A stretch of 29,613 nucleotides of DNA from Neocallimastix sp. 'constans' (lineage: Eukaryota), in assembly GCA_050613775.1 (NCBI GenBank), contig JBODTK010000157.1, positions 372,001-401,613 of the forward strand. Direction: 5' to 3'. The notes beneath the pieces were generated by a model. The model was given only the letters and a program-made list of their open reading frames with translations, was not told the origin of the DNA and did no database searches. This document shows, piece after piece, positions 11,647-24,352 of the stretch. The first letter of the stretch is position 1; the number at the start of each line of letters is the position of its first letter. Position numbers and translations under genes: made by a program.

Positions 11647-12757
11647 AAATAAATAAATAATTTAAAAAGATAATTGGGATGATAATTATAAATATATTTT
11701 AAAAATATATGAAATATTTTATTATTTTATTATTTTTTTTTCTTTATTGTTTTCAAAAATAAAAATTAAAAATAAATAAAAAAAAAAAAATAAAATAAAT
11801 AAGTAAAATAAAATAAATATAAAAAATAATAAAAAATAACAAAAACAAAAAATAAAAATAAAAATAAAGTTAAAATAAAATATATAATTACATTAAATAA
11901 TAAATAGATTTGGTTAGGACTTGGAATATTTATTTCAGGAATTTCATTGGGTATAATAGGTGAATATAAATCTACTACAGTTAATATTATGTCAAAAGTT
12001 TCTACGGTAATTGACATATGTGGCCTTATCTCACTTATTTTATTACTTATTGGTATTGAAAAAGTAAATAAATTCAATACACATTTAAAAAATAAAGATA
12101 TATATGGATATATATCTTTATATTATTTTAAATCTAATATTAATATATTAATACAAATTAATGTAAATATATTTATATATATATATATATATATTTTTTT
12201 TAATATATAAAAATATAAAGCGTAATACAACATTTTTGAACCAATTTAAAATTGTTTTCTTAATATATGTAATAAGTCAATTATTCGGTTATACCTATCG
12301 CATTTATTTATATAATACTGATGAATTTATTGAAGAATCAATTAAAACTATGAAAGAAACTTATAACAAATATACTACATCAATATTATTTGATATGCCT
12401 GATGAATATTTTAGGAGTACTTTAAAAAGATCAATAAATTATTATATAGTAGAAGCTATCATTATATTCGCTCTCATTGTAAATATATATAAATATATAT
12501 ATATATTTATATAAAATAATTAAATAATACTATATATTTATTAATAGTATAAAGGTTATATATACTAACTTTTTTTTTTTTTTTTTTTTTATTATTTTTA
12601 TTGCTTATTAAAATAACAAAACAAAAACAAAACAAAAACAAAACAAATAAAAAATTAGGTATATTACTATTTATCAACCTGTAGTTATATTGAAGATGTT
12701 GAAGAAAGTTTAAATGAAGAAAATGATACCAGAAAATTAGAAAATAATGAATATTAG
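11459..12757 (+). CDS. 4-TM poly-Cys membrane protein, copy 2 (206 aa; exons 11459-11566, 11908-12063, 12221-12478, 12659-12757)
   Basis: Exon lengths 108/156/258/99 as in copy 1, GT..AG boundaries, open frame MANTKSGFKRRFPRVGKCCCCCEPK...TRKLENNEY*. Confidence 0.92.
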
Positions 12758-13034
12758 TTTTAAAAAAATTTTTAAAGAAACTCTAAAGAAAAAAAAAAAA
12801 TAAAAAATAAAAAATAAAAAATAAAAAATAAAAAATAAAAATATAAAAAAATATATATATAATATTAATACTAAATTATTAATATTAATATTATTATTTT
12901 TTTTCTTTTTTTTTTTTAAATATAAATATATATATATTAATTTTAAAATAAAAAAATATTTTTTATAAATATCACTAATCTTTATAAAATAAAATAAATA
13001 TTAATGTTAGAACAATAAAAATAAAATAAAATAA

Positions 13035-13068
<34 letters not shown>

Positions 13069-13121
13069 ATTATTTATTTTTTTATGAATTCTTTATTTTT
13101 ATTTTATTTTATTTATATTTT

Positions 13122-13400
13122 AAGTGAACAAACGCTTAAACAGTTCACAGGGGTAAGAATGGAGTCTTTGTAATTACATTTTGCTAAAACTACCTATCCA
13201 TTTCGTAGCTCTCTTTTGAGTTACTTTTTTTTTTTTTTTTTTTTATATGATTGATTTAGTTAAGAAAAAAAAAACCATTAGTATCCAAGAGTTACCTATA
13301 TCGTACCGTAGAACTGTACCTATAGGGCTTAGGAAACAAATACTATTAGTAGTCCTAATATTATTATTATTATTATTAATATTATTATATATTATTTCCG
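13122..13400 (+). mobile_element. Internally deleted LINE relic (5' piece fused to 3' end with (TAT)n tail)
   Basis: Starts AAGTGAACAAACGCTTAAACAGTTC, shared with 16030 and 28151. ACCTATCCATTTCGTAGCTCTCTTTTGAGTTACTTT resembles the end of the large LINE's coding region (ACCTATCATAAGTAGTTCTTTTTGAGCTATTATT, about 10774-10806). Ends CAAATACTATTAGTAGTCCTA followed by (TAT)n. Confidence 0.65.
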
Positions 13401-13513
13401 ACACGAATATTTATATATTATTTATATTTTATTAAATTAATATATATTTATATGTAATATTTATATATATACATATATTATAATGAAATAATTGAAATAG
13501 AAATAAAAATAAT

Positions 13514-13552
<39 letters not shown>

Positions 13553-14281
13553 GCTTAATTAAGATGAATTGTTATGTGTTATAGAGTTGACATTTCTAAA
13601 TTTATTATTACCAAAAAAAAAAAAATTTTTTTTTTGTTTTTTAATCAAATATTTATATATAAAATTATATTTTATTTTCTCATATTTCAATTATTGAATT
13701 TTATTATTCCTTTTTTTTTTTTATCCATATATAATATTTTTATTTTTATTTTATTTTATTTTATTTTTATTTTATTTTATTTTTATTTTATTTTTATTTT
13801 ATTTTTATTTTTATTTTTATTTTATTTTTATTTTTCAAAGTCAATTAAAATCAAAGTTCTTAACATAAAACTGCTTTTTCAATTATTTTCAAATTAATTG
13901 TATTAGGTTACACCACTACCGGAGAATCTCCATAAAAAAAAAAAAAAAAAAAAAATTTATTATAAAATAAATTAATAAATTAATAAATTAATAAATTAAT
14001 AGATTAATATATTATATAAATTGGAATAATATAAATATATATATTGTCAATAATTAATTATAATAAATTATGGAAACAAAAAAAAAAATATAAATAGAGT
14101 TAAAATCCCTTCAAAATTTTTTTTTTGTAAAAAATAAAAAAAAAAAAAATATTAATTATATTTTATAAAATTAAAATATTTAATATTTATAAAACAATTA
14201 TAAAAAAAAAATATAATAAAAGAAAGAATTTTATTTTATTACTATAAAATTTTTTTTTTCTATTCTAAATTATTTTTTGAA

Positions 14282-14320
<39 letters not shown>

Positions 14321-14333
14321 AAAAAAAACTAAA

Positions 14334-15613
14334 ATGGCTGATAATAAAAGTGGATTCAAGAGACGATTCCCGAAAGTTGGTAAATGTTGTTGTTGTTTTG
14401 AACCTAAAATTTCAGTTTTCGTTTGCACTATCATATTTATTGTAAGTATTGATAATAAAAATAAAAATTAAAAATTAAAATAAAAAATTAAAAAAAATAA
14501 AATAAAAAAATAAATAAATAATTTAAAAAGATAATTGAAATGATAATTATAAGTATATTTTAAAAATATATGAAATATTTTATTATTTTTTTCTTTATTG
14601 TTTTCAAAAATAAAAAAATTAAAAATAAATAAAATAAAATAAAATAAATAAGTAAAATAAAATAAGTAAATAAAAAAATAATATTAATAATATTAATAAA
14701 AAAAAAAAAAAAAAAGAACTAAAATTAAAATAAATTATAAAATTATATTAAATAATAAATAGATTTTGTTAGGACTAGAAGTTTTTTTTTCAGGAATTTC
14801 ATTGAGTATTATAGGTGAATATATCTTTACTTCAACTAATATTATTTCAAAAGTTTTTATGATACTTGATATATGTCTCCTTATCTCACTTATTTTATTA
14901 CTTGTTGGTATTGAAAAGGTAAATAAATTCAGTTCACAATTAAAAAATAAATATATATATGTATATATATATATATATCTTTATATAATTTTAAATTTAA
15001 TAATAATATATTAATACAAATTAATGTAAATATATTTATATATATATATTTTTTTAATATATAAAACTATAAAGCGTAATACAACATATATGAACCAATT
15101 TAAAATTGTATTATTTATATATTTAGTATGTGATTTATTAGGTTTTGCCTATAACATTTATTTATATAATACTGATGAATATATTGAAGAATCAATTAAA
15201 ACTATGAAAGAAACTTATAAAAATTTTAATACACCAGTGTTTAAAGATATGCCTGATGATTTTTATAGGCGTTCTGTAAAAAGATCAACAAATTATTATA
15301 TAGTAGAAGCTATCATTATATTCGCTCTCATTGTAAATATATAAATATATATATATATATATTTATATAAAATAATTAAATAATACTATATATTTATTAA
15401 TAGTATGAAAGTTATATATACTAACTTTTTTTTTTTTTTTTTTTTTATTATTTTTATTGCTTATTAAAATAACAAAACAAAAACAAAACAAAAACAAAAC
15501 AAATAAAAAATTAGGTATATTACTATTTATCCACCTGTAGTTATATTGAAGATGTTGAAGAAAATTTAAATGATGAAAATGATGCCAGAAAATTAGAAAA
15601 TAATGAATATTAG
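14334..15613 (+). CDS. 4-TM poly-Cys membrane protein, copy 3 (206 aa; exons 14334-14441, 14763-14918, 15075-15332, 15515-15613)
   Basis: Same exon lengths and splice sites; MADNKSGFKRRFPKVGKCCCCFEPK...ARKLENNEY*. Confidence 0.92.
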
Positions 15614-16029
15614 TTTTAAAAAAAATTTTTTAAAGAATATTCAAAAAAAAAATAAAAAATTAAACAATAAAAATATATATATATATATATATAGAACAAT
15701 TTTTAAATAAATAAATAAAAGATAAATTAATAAATAAATTATAATAAATAAAATATATATATATATATTAAATATAGAACAATTTTTAAATAAATAAATA
15801 AATAAATATTAAATTTAAAACAATTATATATATATATATATAAAATATTAATTAACGTATTGATACATCAATAAATAAAGTCAAATTAAAATTAAAATTA
15901 AAATTAAAATTAATTGAAATATATTAATGATATATTTTAATGTTTTATTGTATTTTAAAAAAAAAAAAAAAAATTATTTTTTTTTTTATGAATTTTTTAT
16001 TTTTTTTTATTATTTCTTTTTACATTTTA

Positions 16030-16293
16030 CGGGAACAAACACTTAAACAGTTCAAAGGAGTCTATGATTCCATATATTATAAAGGAGGGGGGGAGCTTTG
16101 TACTTATATCTTACTCTTATTTAAACACAATACCTATCCATTTCGTAGCTCTCTTTTGATTTTTTTTTTTTTTTTTTTTTTTTATGATTGATTTTGTTAA
16201 AAAAAAAAAAATCCTTTAGTATCCAAGAGTTACCTACGTAGTATCGTAGTACAATAGTGATAGGACTTAGGAAACAAATACTATTAGTAGTCC

Positions 16294-16345
<52 letters not shown>
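16030..16345 (+). mobile_element. Second copy of the internally deleted LINE relic, with (TAT)n tail
   Basis: Colinear with 13122-13400: GAACAAACACTTAAACAGTTC...CAATACCTATCCATTTCGTAGCTCTCTTTTGA...TTAGTATCCAAGAGTTACCTA...CTTAGGAAACAAATACTATTAGTAGTCC(TAT)n. Confidence 0.65.
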
Positions 16346-17186
16346 TCAGACACGAATACTAACTTTATTTATGAATATATCTTTTTATTATTATTTCAAA
16401 AATACTATTTAAAAAATATTTTAATACTCTTAATTGGACAAATAAATAATATTTAATTTTTTTTTTTTTTAATTTTTTTTTATCCATATATAATATATTT
16501 ATTTTATTTTTATTTTATTTTTATTTTTATTTTTATTTTATTTTTATTTTTATTTTTATTTTATTTTTATTTTTATTTTTATTTTATTTTTATTTTATTT
16601 TTATTTTTCAAAGTCAATTAAAATCAAAGTTCTTAACATAAAACTGTTTTTTCAATTATTTTCAAATTAATTGTATTAGGTTACACCACTACCGGAGAAT
16701 CTCCAAAACAAAAAAAAAAAAAAAAAATTTTATTATTTTTTTTTAATATCAAATTTTTTATATAGGAAAAAAAATCTTTTTTTTATTTAATATAATTAAT
16801 AAATTAATATATTATATAAAATTGGAATAATATAAATATATATATTGTCAATAATAATTGATTAAATATTATTCCTATATAAATTTTGTTAATAATAATA
16901 ATAAATTATGAAAATAAAAAAAAAAAAATAAAAAATAAAAAATAAAAAATATAAAAAGAGTTGAAATCCCTTAAATTTTTTTTTTTTTTGTAAAAAAAAA
17001 AAAAAAACCATAATTAATTATATTTTATTAAATTAAAATATTTAATAATTATAAAACAATTATAAAAAAAAAAAAATATAATAAAAGAAAGAATTTTATT
17101 TTATTATTATAAAATTTTTTTTTCTATTCTAATTATTTTTTGAATAAATAAATAAATAAAATAAATAAATAAAAAAAAAAACTAAA

Positions 17187-17426
17187 ATGGCTGATAATAA
17201 AAGTGAATTCAAGAGACGTTTCCCGAAAGTTGGCAAATGTTGTTGTTGTTGTAATTCTGAAAATTCAGTTTTCACTTGCACTATCTTAATTGCTGTAAGT
17301 TTATTAATAATAAAATATATATAAATTAAAAATAAAAAAAAGTATATATATAAAAATAAAGAAATGGTTTGATTATTATCAATATATTTTAAAAAATATA
17401 TGAAATGTTTATTTTTTTATTTTTTT

Positions 17427-17470
<44 letters not shown>

Positions 17471-17513
17471 TATTATTTATTATTTATTATTTATTTTTAT
17501 TATTATTATTGTA

Positions 17514-17603
<90 letters not shown>

Positions 17604-18630
17604 TATGATTTCAAAAAAAAAAAAATAATAATAATAATAATAATAATAAAATATAAAAAATAAATAAAAAAAAAAAAATAAAAAATAAAATTACATAAAC
17701 AATAGGTTTGGTTAGGAATTAAAACTTTACCTGTATGTTTTTCATTGAAAAATATTTCTTCTAAAATTGAATTAGTACTAATTATATGTGTCATTATCTC
17801 ACTTATCTTATTGCTTTTTGGTACTGGAAGAGTAAATAAATTTAATATATAATTAAAAAATAAATAAATAAATACGTGTATATATATATACATTTATATT
17901 ATTTTAAATCTAATACTAATACTAGTGCTAATATTAATAAATGTGTGTATATATATATTCTTTTTTTTTTTTTTTTAATATATAAAAATATAAAGTATAT
18001 TATACCATTGATGGACCAATTTAAAATTGTTTTCTTAATATATTTAATAATCCAAATAAGCAGTTATATTTATACCATTTATTTAGTAAATAAGGAAGAA
18101 TATTTTAAGAATTCAACTAAAGTTTATAAAGAAACTTATGGAAAAAACAATTCATATTTATCACAACAAGTCGAAGAAAAACCTGATGAATTTTTTGAAT
18201 ATTCTATAAAACAAACAATATATTTTAATGTAATTGGAAATGTCATTATATCAGCTATTTTGGTAAATATACATATATATATATATATTGATATAAAATA
18301 ATGAAATAATAATGTATATTTATCAATAATGTATGAAAGTTGTATATATTAACTTTATTATTCTTATTCTTATTATTATTATTATTATATTATTATTATT
18401 ATTTGTTATTAAATAAATAAATTAAACAAATTAAATAAATAAATAAAAAATTTTAAATCATGTTTTAAAAATAATAAAATAAACCTAATAAAATAAAATA
18501 AAAAAAAAATATATATATATATATATAAAATTAGATATTTTATTATTTATCCACCTGTAGCCATATTGAAGATATTGAAGAGCTTATTTATAAAGAAAAA
18601 AATGCCAGAATTTTAGAAAATAATGAATAA
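17187..18630 (+). CDS. 4-TM poly-Cys membrane protein, copy 4, divergent (198 aa; exons 17187-17294, 17706-17831, 17996-18262, 18535-18630)
   Basis: Open spliced frame. Exon 2 is 30 nt shorter and exon 3 is 9 nt longer than in copy 1. The terminal Tyr codon is TAA and is followed directly by the ancestral TAG. Confidence 0.88.
17514..17603. repeat. (ATT)n microsatellite of about 30 units in intron 1 of copy 4
   Basis: Read directly; it generates the spurious poly-I and poly-Y ORFs at 17400 and 17405. Confidence 0.95.
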
Positions 18631-18658
18631 TAGATAAGAATGTGCAGATGAAGAAAAG

Positions 18659-18696
<38 letters not shown>

Positions 18697-19032
18697 AGAT
18701 GCCAGAAATTTAGAAAATAATGAATATATGGTTTTAAAATAATTTTTTTTAAAGGAAGTTCAAAAAAAAATAAATATATATATATATATATAATATTAAT
18801 TATTAATTATTAATTATTAATATTGAAATTCTTTCTTTTTTTTTTTTATTTTTTATTTTTTTAATTTTTTATTTTTAAATAGAATATAAATTTTAAAAAA
18901 AAATAAAATGAAATGAAATAAAAAAATAAAAAATAAAAAAAAAAAAAATAAAAAAAAAAAAATTAGAAAAAATAAAATAAACAATACATAAATAAATAAA
19001 ATAAAATATAAAATATAAAAATAAAATATAAA

Positions 19033-19063
<31 letters not shown>

Positions 19064-19227
19064 TAAAAGAAATAAAGTAAGAAATAAAATAAGAAATAAA
19101 ATAAATAATAAAATAAAATAATTAATTGAAATATGAATATAAAGTGTAGATTGAATAAAATGAAATAAAATATAAATAAATGAAATCATAATTATATATT
19201 TATTAATATTTTATTTTATTGTACTAC

Positions 19228-19258
<31 letters not shown>

Positions 19259-19364
19259 TTTATCCAACTTTTTTTTTAAAAAAAAAAAAAATGTAATAAC
19301 AGAAAGGTTAGAGTTTTCTTTATTATAATTATAGTTTTTTTTTGAATAGAGTGCGATTCACAAA

Positions 19365-19595
19365 CAGTACATTTCCTAATGTGGCGTATTTTGTATGTGG
19401 CTTGTTTTTAAATTATATATTTTTTCAATTAAATATTATTAAATAACTATTTCAAAAGAAATAATAATATATTCTATTAAAAAAGAATATATATATAAAA
19501 AAAAAAGAATATTTATTATTTATTTAATAATTATTATTTATTATTATTTAAAAACAAGCCACATATAGAAATACGCCATATTGCGAAATGCACTA
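19365..19595. mobile_element. MITE-like element with about 48-bp imperfect terminal inverted repeats
   Basis: Left end CAGTACATTTCCTAATGTGGCGTATTTTGTATGTGGCTTGTTTTTAAAT versus reverse complement of the right end TAGTGCATTTCGCAATATGGCGTATTTCTATATGTGGCTTGTTTTTAAAT. The interior is non-coding AT sequence; no clean TSD. Confidence 0.75.
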
Positions 19596-19643
19596 TCCCA
19601 GTTTTTTTTTATCATAAATCAATAAATAAATTTTTTAAAATGA

Positions 19644-19676
<33 letters not shown>

Positions 19677-19957
19677 TAATTTTATTAATTACAAAAATGA
19701 ATAAAGAATTAATTCAATATTCTTAAATTTAAAAATTTTAATCATTTATGCTGTATAGAAAGTTTTAAATATAAATGAAAGAATAAACTATTTGTAAGAT
19801 TGGCGGTATTTAAAATATTTAATAATATTTAATAATAATATTTTAATTAGTATTTTTTTTTTATAAGAAAGAAAATATTTGAATTTGTATTATTAATACA
19901 TATAATATAAAATTAAAAATTAATAATAATAATATAATAATAATAATAATAATAATA

Positions 19958-20018
<61 letters not shown>

Positions 20019-20023
20019 ATTCA

Positions 20024-20063
<40 letters not shown>

Positions 20064-20659
20064 CTTTTTCTTGAAAGTCTTAATCATATTATACCAGCTA
20101 CAACAGACAACTAATATTAGACAAACTTTATAGCGGGGTTGTATCAGGATGACCGCATAAAGTGCTCCCATGTCATACCATTCAATGTAAATTACATTAG
20201 ATTTATATTAAAACTAAAGCAAAATATTTATTGATATATAAAGAGTTTAAAGTTAATTAATTGATAGATTGTATAAAATAATCAAGAAATTTTTTTAAAT
20301 TATTTCCTCCAATTCTCATATTCATTTAGTGTAACATTTTTGTAACCATTTTAATTTTAGAAGTTTATTAAATAAAAAAAAATTATTTTTAATTAAAATT
20401 GTAATATATTAAAATCTAAATTAATTTAAATTAATAATTAAAGAATGATTAAGAAATTGATTAAGAAATTGTACTAGGTTACCCAACGAATAACAATATT
20501 ACTTTTGAAAATTTTAATTATTAATAAAATATTAATTATTACACTTTAATTTTTAAATTTTTTTTAAATTTTTTTAATTTATTTTTTTTTTAATTTAATT
20601 TTTTTAATTTAATTTTTTTTAATTTAATTTAATTTAATTAATTTAATTTTTTTTTAATT

Positions 20660-21250
20660 TAATCCTTTATAATATGACAAGTTTGAACAATATTCCTTAT
20701 AATCCTAAACAAAATTGAAAAGTCTGAAAAAAATTTTTATAAAAAGACCTTCATCGTATATATTCCATACTTGTGCTGTATTACAGAATTCTCAACTTTA
20801 TTATATGTTTTTTTTTGGGTAGATACTTGGCTGATACAGCAAAATTAATATTCATAACAGAATTCCTCATAAAGATAATAAAAATAACAATAACAAGAGT
20901 AACCTTTGATGGGTTTTATATAGGGAAAAAAAGGTCAATCCTTATAAACTTATAAACTTAAGAGTCTTAAGTTATCAAGCCTTTCTATTTTATTACTTTA
21001 TTCCTAAACAATTAAGAGATAAGTTTGTTGACTCTACCTTTGCAGGAATTTTTTTTTTTTTGAATACAATACAAACTCATCGGTATATGATATTTTTGAC
21101 AATTTTGATCCAAATAAAAATAAAAATTTTACTATCAAAGGCCGTTTCTATTTCTTCAAATATGATTCCAGCTAATATATTTGTTCCTTCATCTCTTCTC
21201 AATATTTAAAAATTTTTACCTATAACGAAATCGGGGAAGAGAAGTATGGA
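20660..21250 (+). mobile_element. Degraded Ty1/copia integrase fragment (end of catalytic core plus SH3-like region), copy A
   Basis: Across frameshifts: IPYNPKQN*KV-E (PQQNGxAER motif, 20692), IHNRIPHK (20850), NLRVLSYQAF..YFIPKQLRDKFVDSTFAGIF (LRVFGC..IPK..R.K...GIFLGY motif), then YNTNSSVY..FDPNKNK. Confidence 0.8.
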
Positions 21251-21761
21251 TAATGACAATCTTTCCAAGGATTTTAATAATAATAATAATAATAATATCA
21301 ATAATGTTATTAAATAATTAAAAGATTATTTAAAAGAGTATTGATAGTAAAAAAAATATTAATATTAATATTAATGATAGTGAAAATAATAATAGTATCG
21401 TTGCTAAGAATGTAGTGAATAGATAAATTAATGATCATCGTATTAATTAAAGTAATTTTTCTGAATAATGAATGTGTGTGAAAATATATATTTGACGTGG
21501 CACCAATGGAAAAGATGCCCCCCTAAATCAACTTTATTTTTTAATAATTACTTTTTATTATTATTTCACATCACTATTTAAAAAATATTATTATAATCTA
21601 ATTAGACAAATAATGATTTCTTTTATTATTATTATTAATTGAGTGTTTTTTTTTATATAAAAAAAAAAAATAATAATAAAAAAAAATAAAATTATATAAT
21701 TTATAAATGAATAAATAAAGTTTAAAGATTTAAAGATAAATACTTTAAATAGTGAGGATGT

Positions 21762-21803
<42 letters not shown>

Positions 21804-22150
21804 AATAATAATGATTAATTTATTTTTTAATTTAAATAATAATGATTAATATTCAAGTTAATTGTGATTTGAGTAAATGTTATATTAACTATTAAATTCA
21901 CGATTGTCATCATTTAATCTGGGTATTGGAAAAATTCACAATGAAAATTAATTTTATTTCTTTTCTTTTTTAAAAAAATTAATATATAATTATTTTTAAT
22001 TATTTTTTAAAAGTAAAAAAAATAAAAAATAAAAAATAAAAAAATAAAAAATAAAAAATAAAAAAATAAAAAATAAAAAAATAAAATTTCAGTAGATATT
22101 AAAAATTATACTTAATTTGTGATAATTAAAAAAAAATTTTAATTATTAGA

Positions 22151-22322
22151 AATTATATTAAAATTTGTAAAATTTTTATTGTTTATAAAAATTAAAAAGA
22201 AATATGGAATATATTAAATTTTGGTAAATTTTTATTATTGTTAAAAATTAAAAAGAAATATGGAATATATTAAATTTTGGTAAATTTTTATTGGTTTTAA
22301 AAATTAAAAAGAAATATGGAAT
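22151..22322. repeat. 3 x 56-bp tandem repeat upstream of copy 5
   Basis: Unit TATTAAATTTTGGTAAATTTTTATT...AAAAATTAAAAAGAAATATGGAA, with GGAA at 22206, 22262 and 22318. There is a single unit upstream of copy 6 (about 25938-25993). Confidence 0.85.
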
Positions 22323-22672
22323 TAAGTTTTCTATTAAATAAGTAACACTTTATAAAAGAAATGATTGGTATATATAAAAAAAAAAATACAAGTATAAAAA
22401 GAATTGAAAAATCCCTAATTTTAACTTTTCCTTGAAAATAAAATAAAATAAAATAAAATTAAATATAATAAAATAAAATAAAATTAAATTAAATTAAGTT
22501 ATATTAAATAAAAAAAATAAAAAATTATTATATATATATTTAAATTAAAGTAACTATATAAAATAAATAAAACAAACGATCTTTTTATAAATTTTTAAAA
22601 AAGATTATTTTCTACCTATATATATATATTTTTCTTTTTGAATAAACATAAAACAAAGAAAAAAAATTAAAA

Positions 22673-23950
22673 ATGGCTAATACTAAAAGTGATTTCAAGA
22701 GACGTTTCCCAAGAGTTGGTAAATGTTGTTGTTGTTGTTGTTGTGAACCTAAAGTTTCAGTTATCGTTTGCACTATCATATTTATTGTAAGTATTGATAA
22801 TAAAAATAAGAAATAAAAAATTAAAAAAAAAAAAATAAATAAATAAATTAAAAAGAAAATTGGAATGATAATTATAAATATATTTTAAAAATATATGAAA
22901 TATTTTATTTTATTTCATTTTATTTTATTTTATTTTTTTTATTTTTTTTTTCAAAAATAAAAAAAATAAAAATAAATAAAATAAAATAAAATAAAAAATA
23001 AAAAATAAAATAAAATAAAATAAAAAGTAGAATTTGAATATAAAGTACAGATTGAATAAAATAAAATAAAATAAAAAGTAGAATATGAATATAAAGTACA
23101 GATTGAATAAAATAAAATAATATAAAAAGTAGAATTTGAATATAAAGTACAGATTGAATAAAATAAAATAAAATAAAATAAAATAAAATAAAATAAAATA
23201 AAACTAAACAAAAATAAAATAAAATAAAACTAAAATAAAATATAAAAATTATATTAAATAATAAATAGATTTGGTACGGATTTGGAGTATTATTTGCAGG
23301 AATTGTATTTAATGCTATAGATAAGTATAACACTACTTCAGATAGTATTATTTCAAAAGGTTTTATTCTACTTAATGCATGTGCCCTTATATCAACTATT
23401 TTATTACTTATTGGTATTATAAAGGTAAATAAATTCAATACACAATTAAAAAAAATATATATATATATCTTTATATCATTTTAAATCTAATATTAATGTA
23501 TTAATACCAATTAATATAAATATATTTATATATATATTTTTTTAATATATAAAATATAAAGCGTAATATAACATTTATGAAACAATTTAAAATTGTTTAC
23601 TTAATATATATAATATGTCAAATATTCAATTTAGTCTATAACATTTATTTATATAATGATGATGAATATATTGAAAATACAATTAAAATTATGAAAGAAA
23701 ATAATAAAAAAAATAATTCGCAAATTATGAAAGAAAATAATATACAAAATAATTCGCAAAAGATATATGAAATACCTGATGAATTATATAGACGTGCTAT
23801 AGAAAATTCAATGAATAATTTTATAATAGTATTTTTAATTTTAATATCTATCTTTGTAAATATATAAAAATTTATATATATATTTATTGATATAAAATAA
23901 TTAAATAATAATGTATATTTATCAATAGTGTGAAAGTTGTATATACTAAC

Positions 23951-23986
<36 letters not shown>

Positions 23987-24140
23987 TTATTGCTTATTAA
24001 AACGACAAAACAAAAATAATAATAATAATAAAAAAAATTAGGTATATTACTATTTATCCACCTGTAGTTATATTGAAGATATTGAAGAAATTGCAAATAA
24101 AGAAAGTTATTCCAGACAATTAGAAAATAATGAATATTAG
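22673..24140 (+). CDS. 4-TM poly-Cys membrane protein, copy 5 (220 aa; exons 22673-22786, 23269-23424, 23562-23855, 24042-24140)
   Basis: Open spliced frame. Cys tract expanded to 7; 36-nt in-frame tandem duplication in exon 3; ends SRQLENNEY*. Confidence 0.92.
23022..23175. repeat. 3 x 51-bp minisatellite in intron 1 of copy 5
   Basis: Unit AAAAAGTAGAAT(T/A)TGAATATAAAGTACAGATTGAATAAAATAAAATAA(A/T)AT, with GTAG at 23027, 23078 and 23129. Confidence 0.9.
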
Positions 24141-24306
24141 TTTTAAAAAAAAATAAAAAATAAAAAATATATATATATATAATATTAATAATAAATTATT
24201 AATATTATTTTAAAATAAAAAAAATTTTTTTTATACATATCACTAATCATTAAAAAAGAAAAAAAAATAAAATAAAATAATATAATATTTAACGTTGAAC
24301 AATACT

Positions 24307-24352
<46 letters not shown>

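Noticed and set aside
13900..13932. Minus-strand TCCGGTAGTGGTGTAACC resembling a tRNA 5' end or A-box (also near 16690)
   Set aside because: No B-box, T-arm or complementary acceptor stem follows.
22151..23175. 56-bp and 51-bp repeat arrays as CRISPR-like arrays
   Set aside because: Head-to-tail tandem units without unique spacers, in a eukaryotic context with no cas genes.
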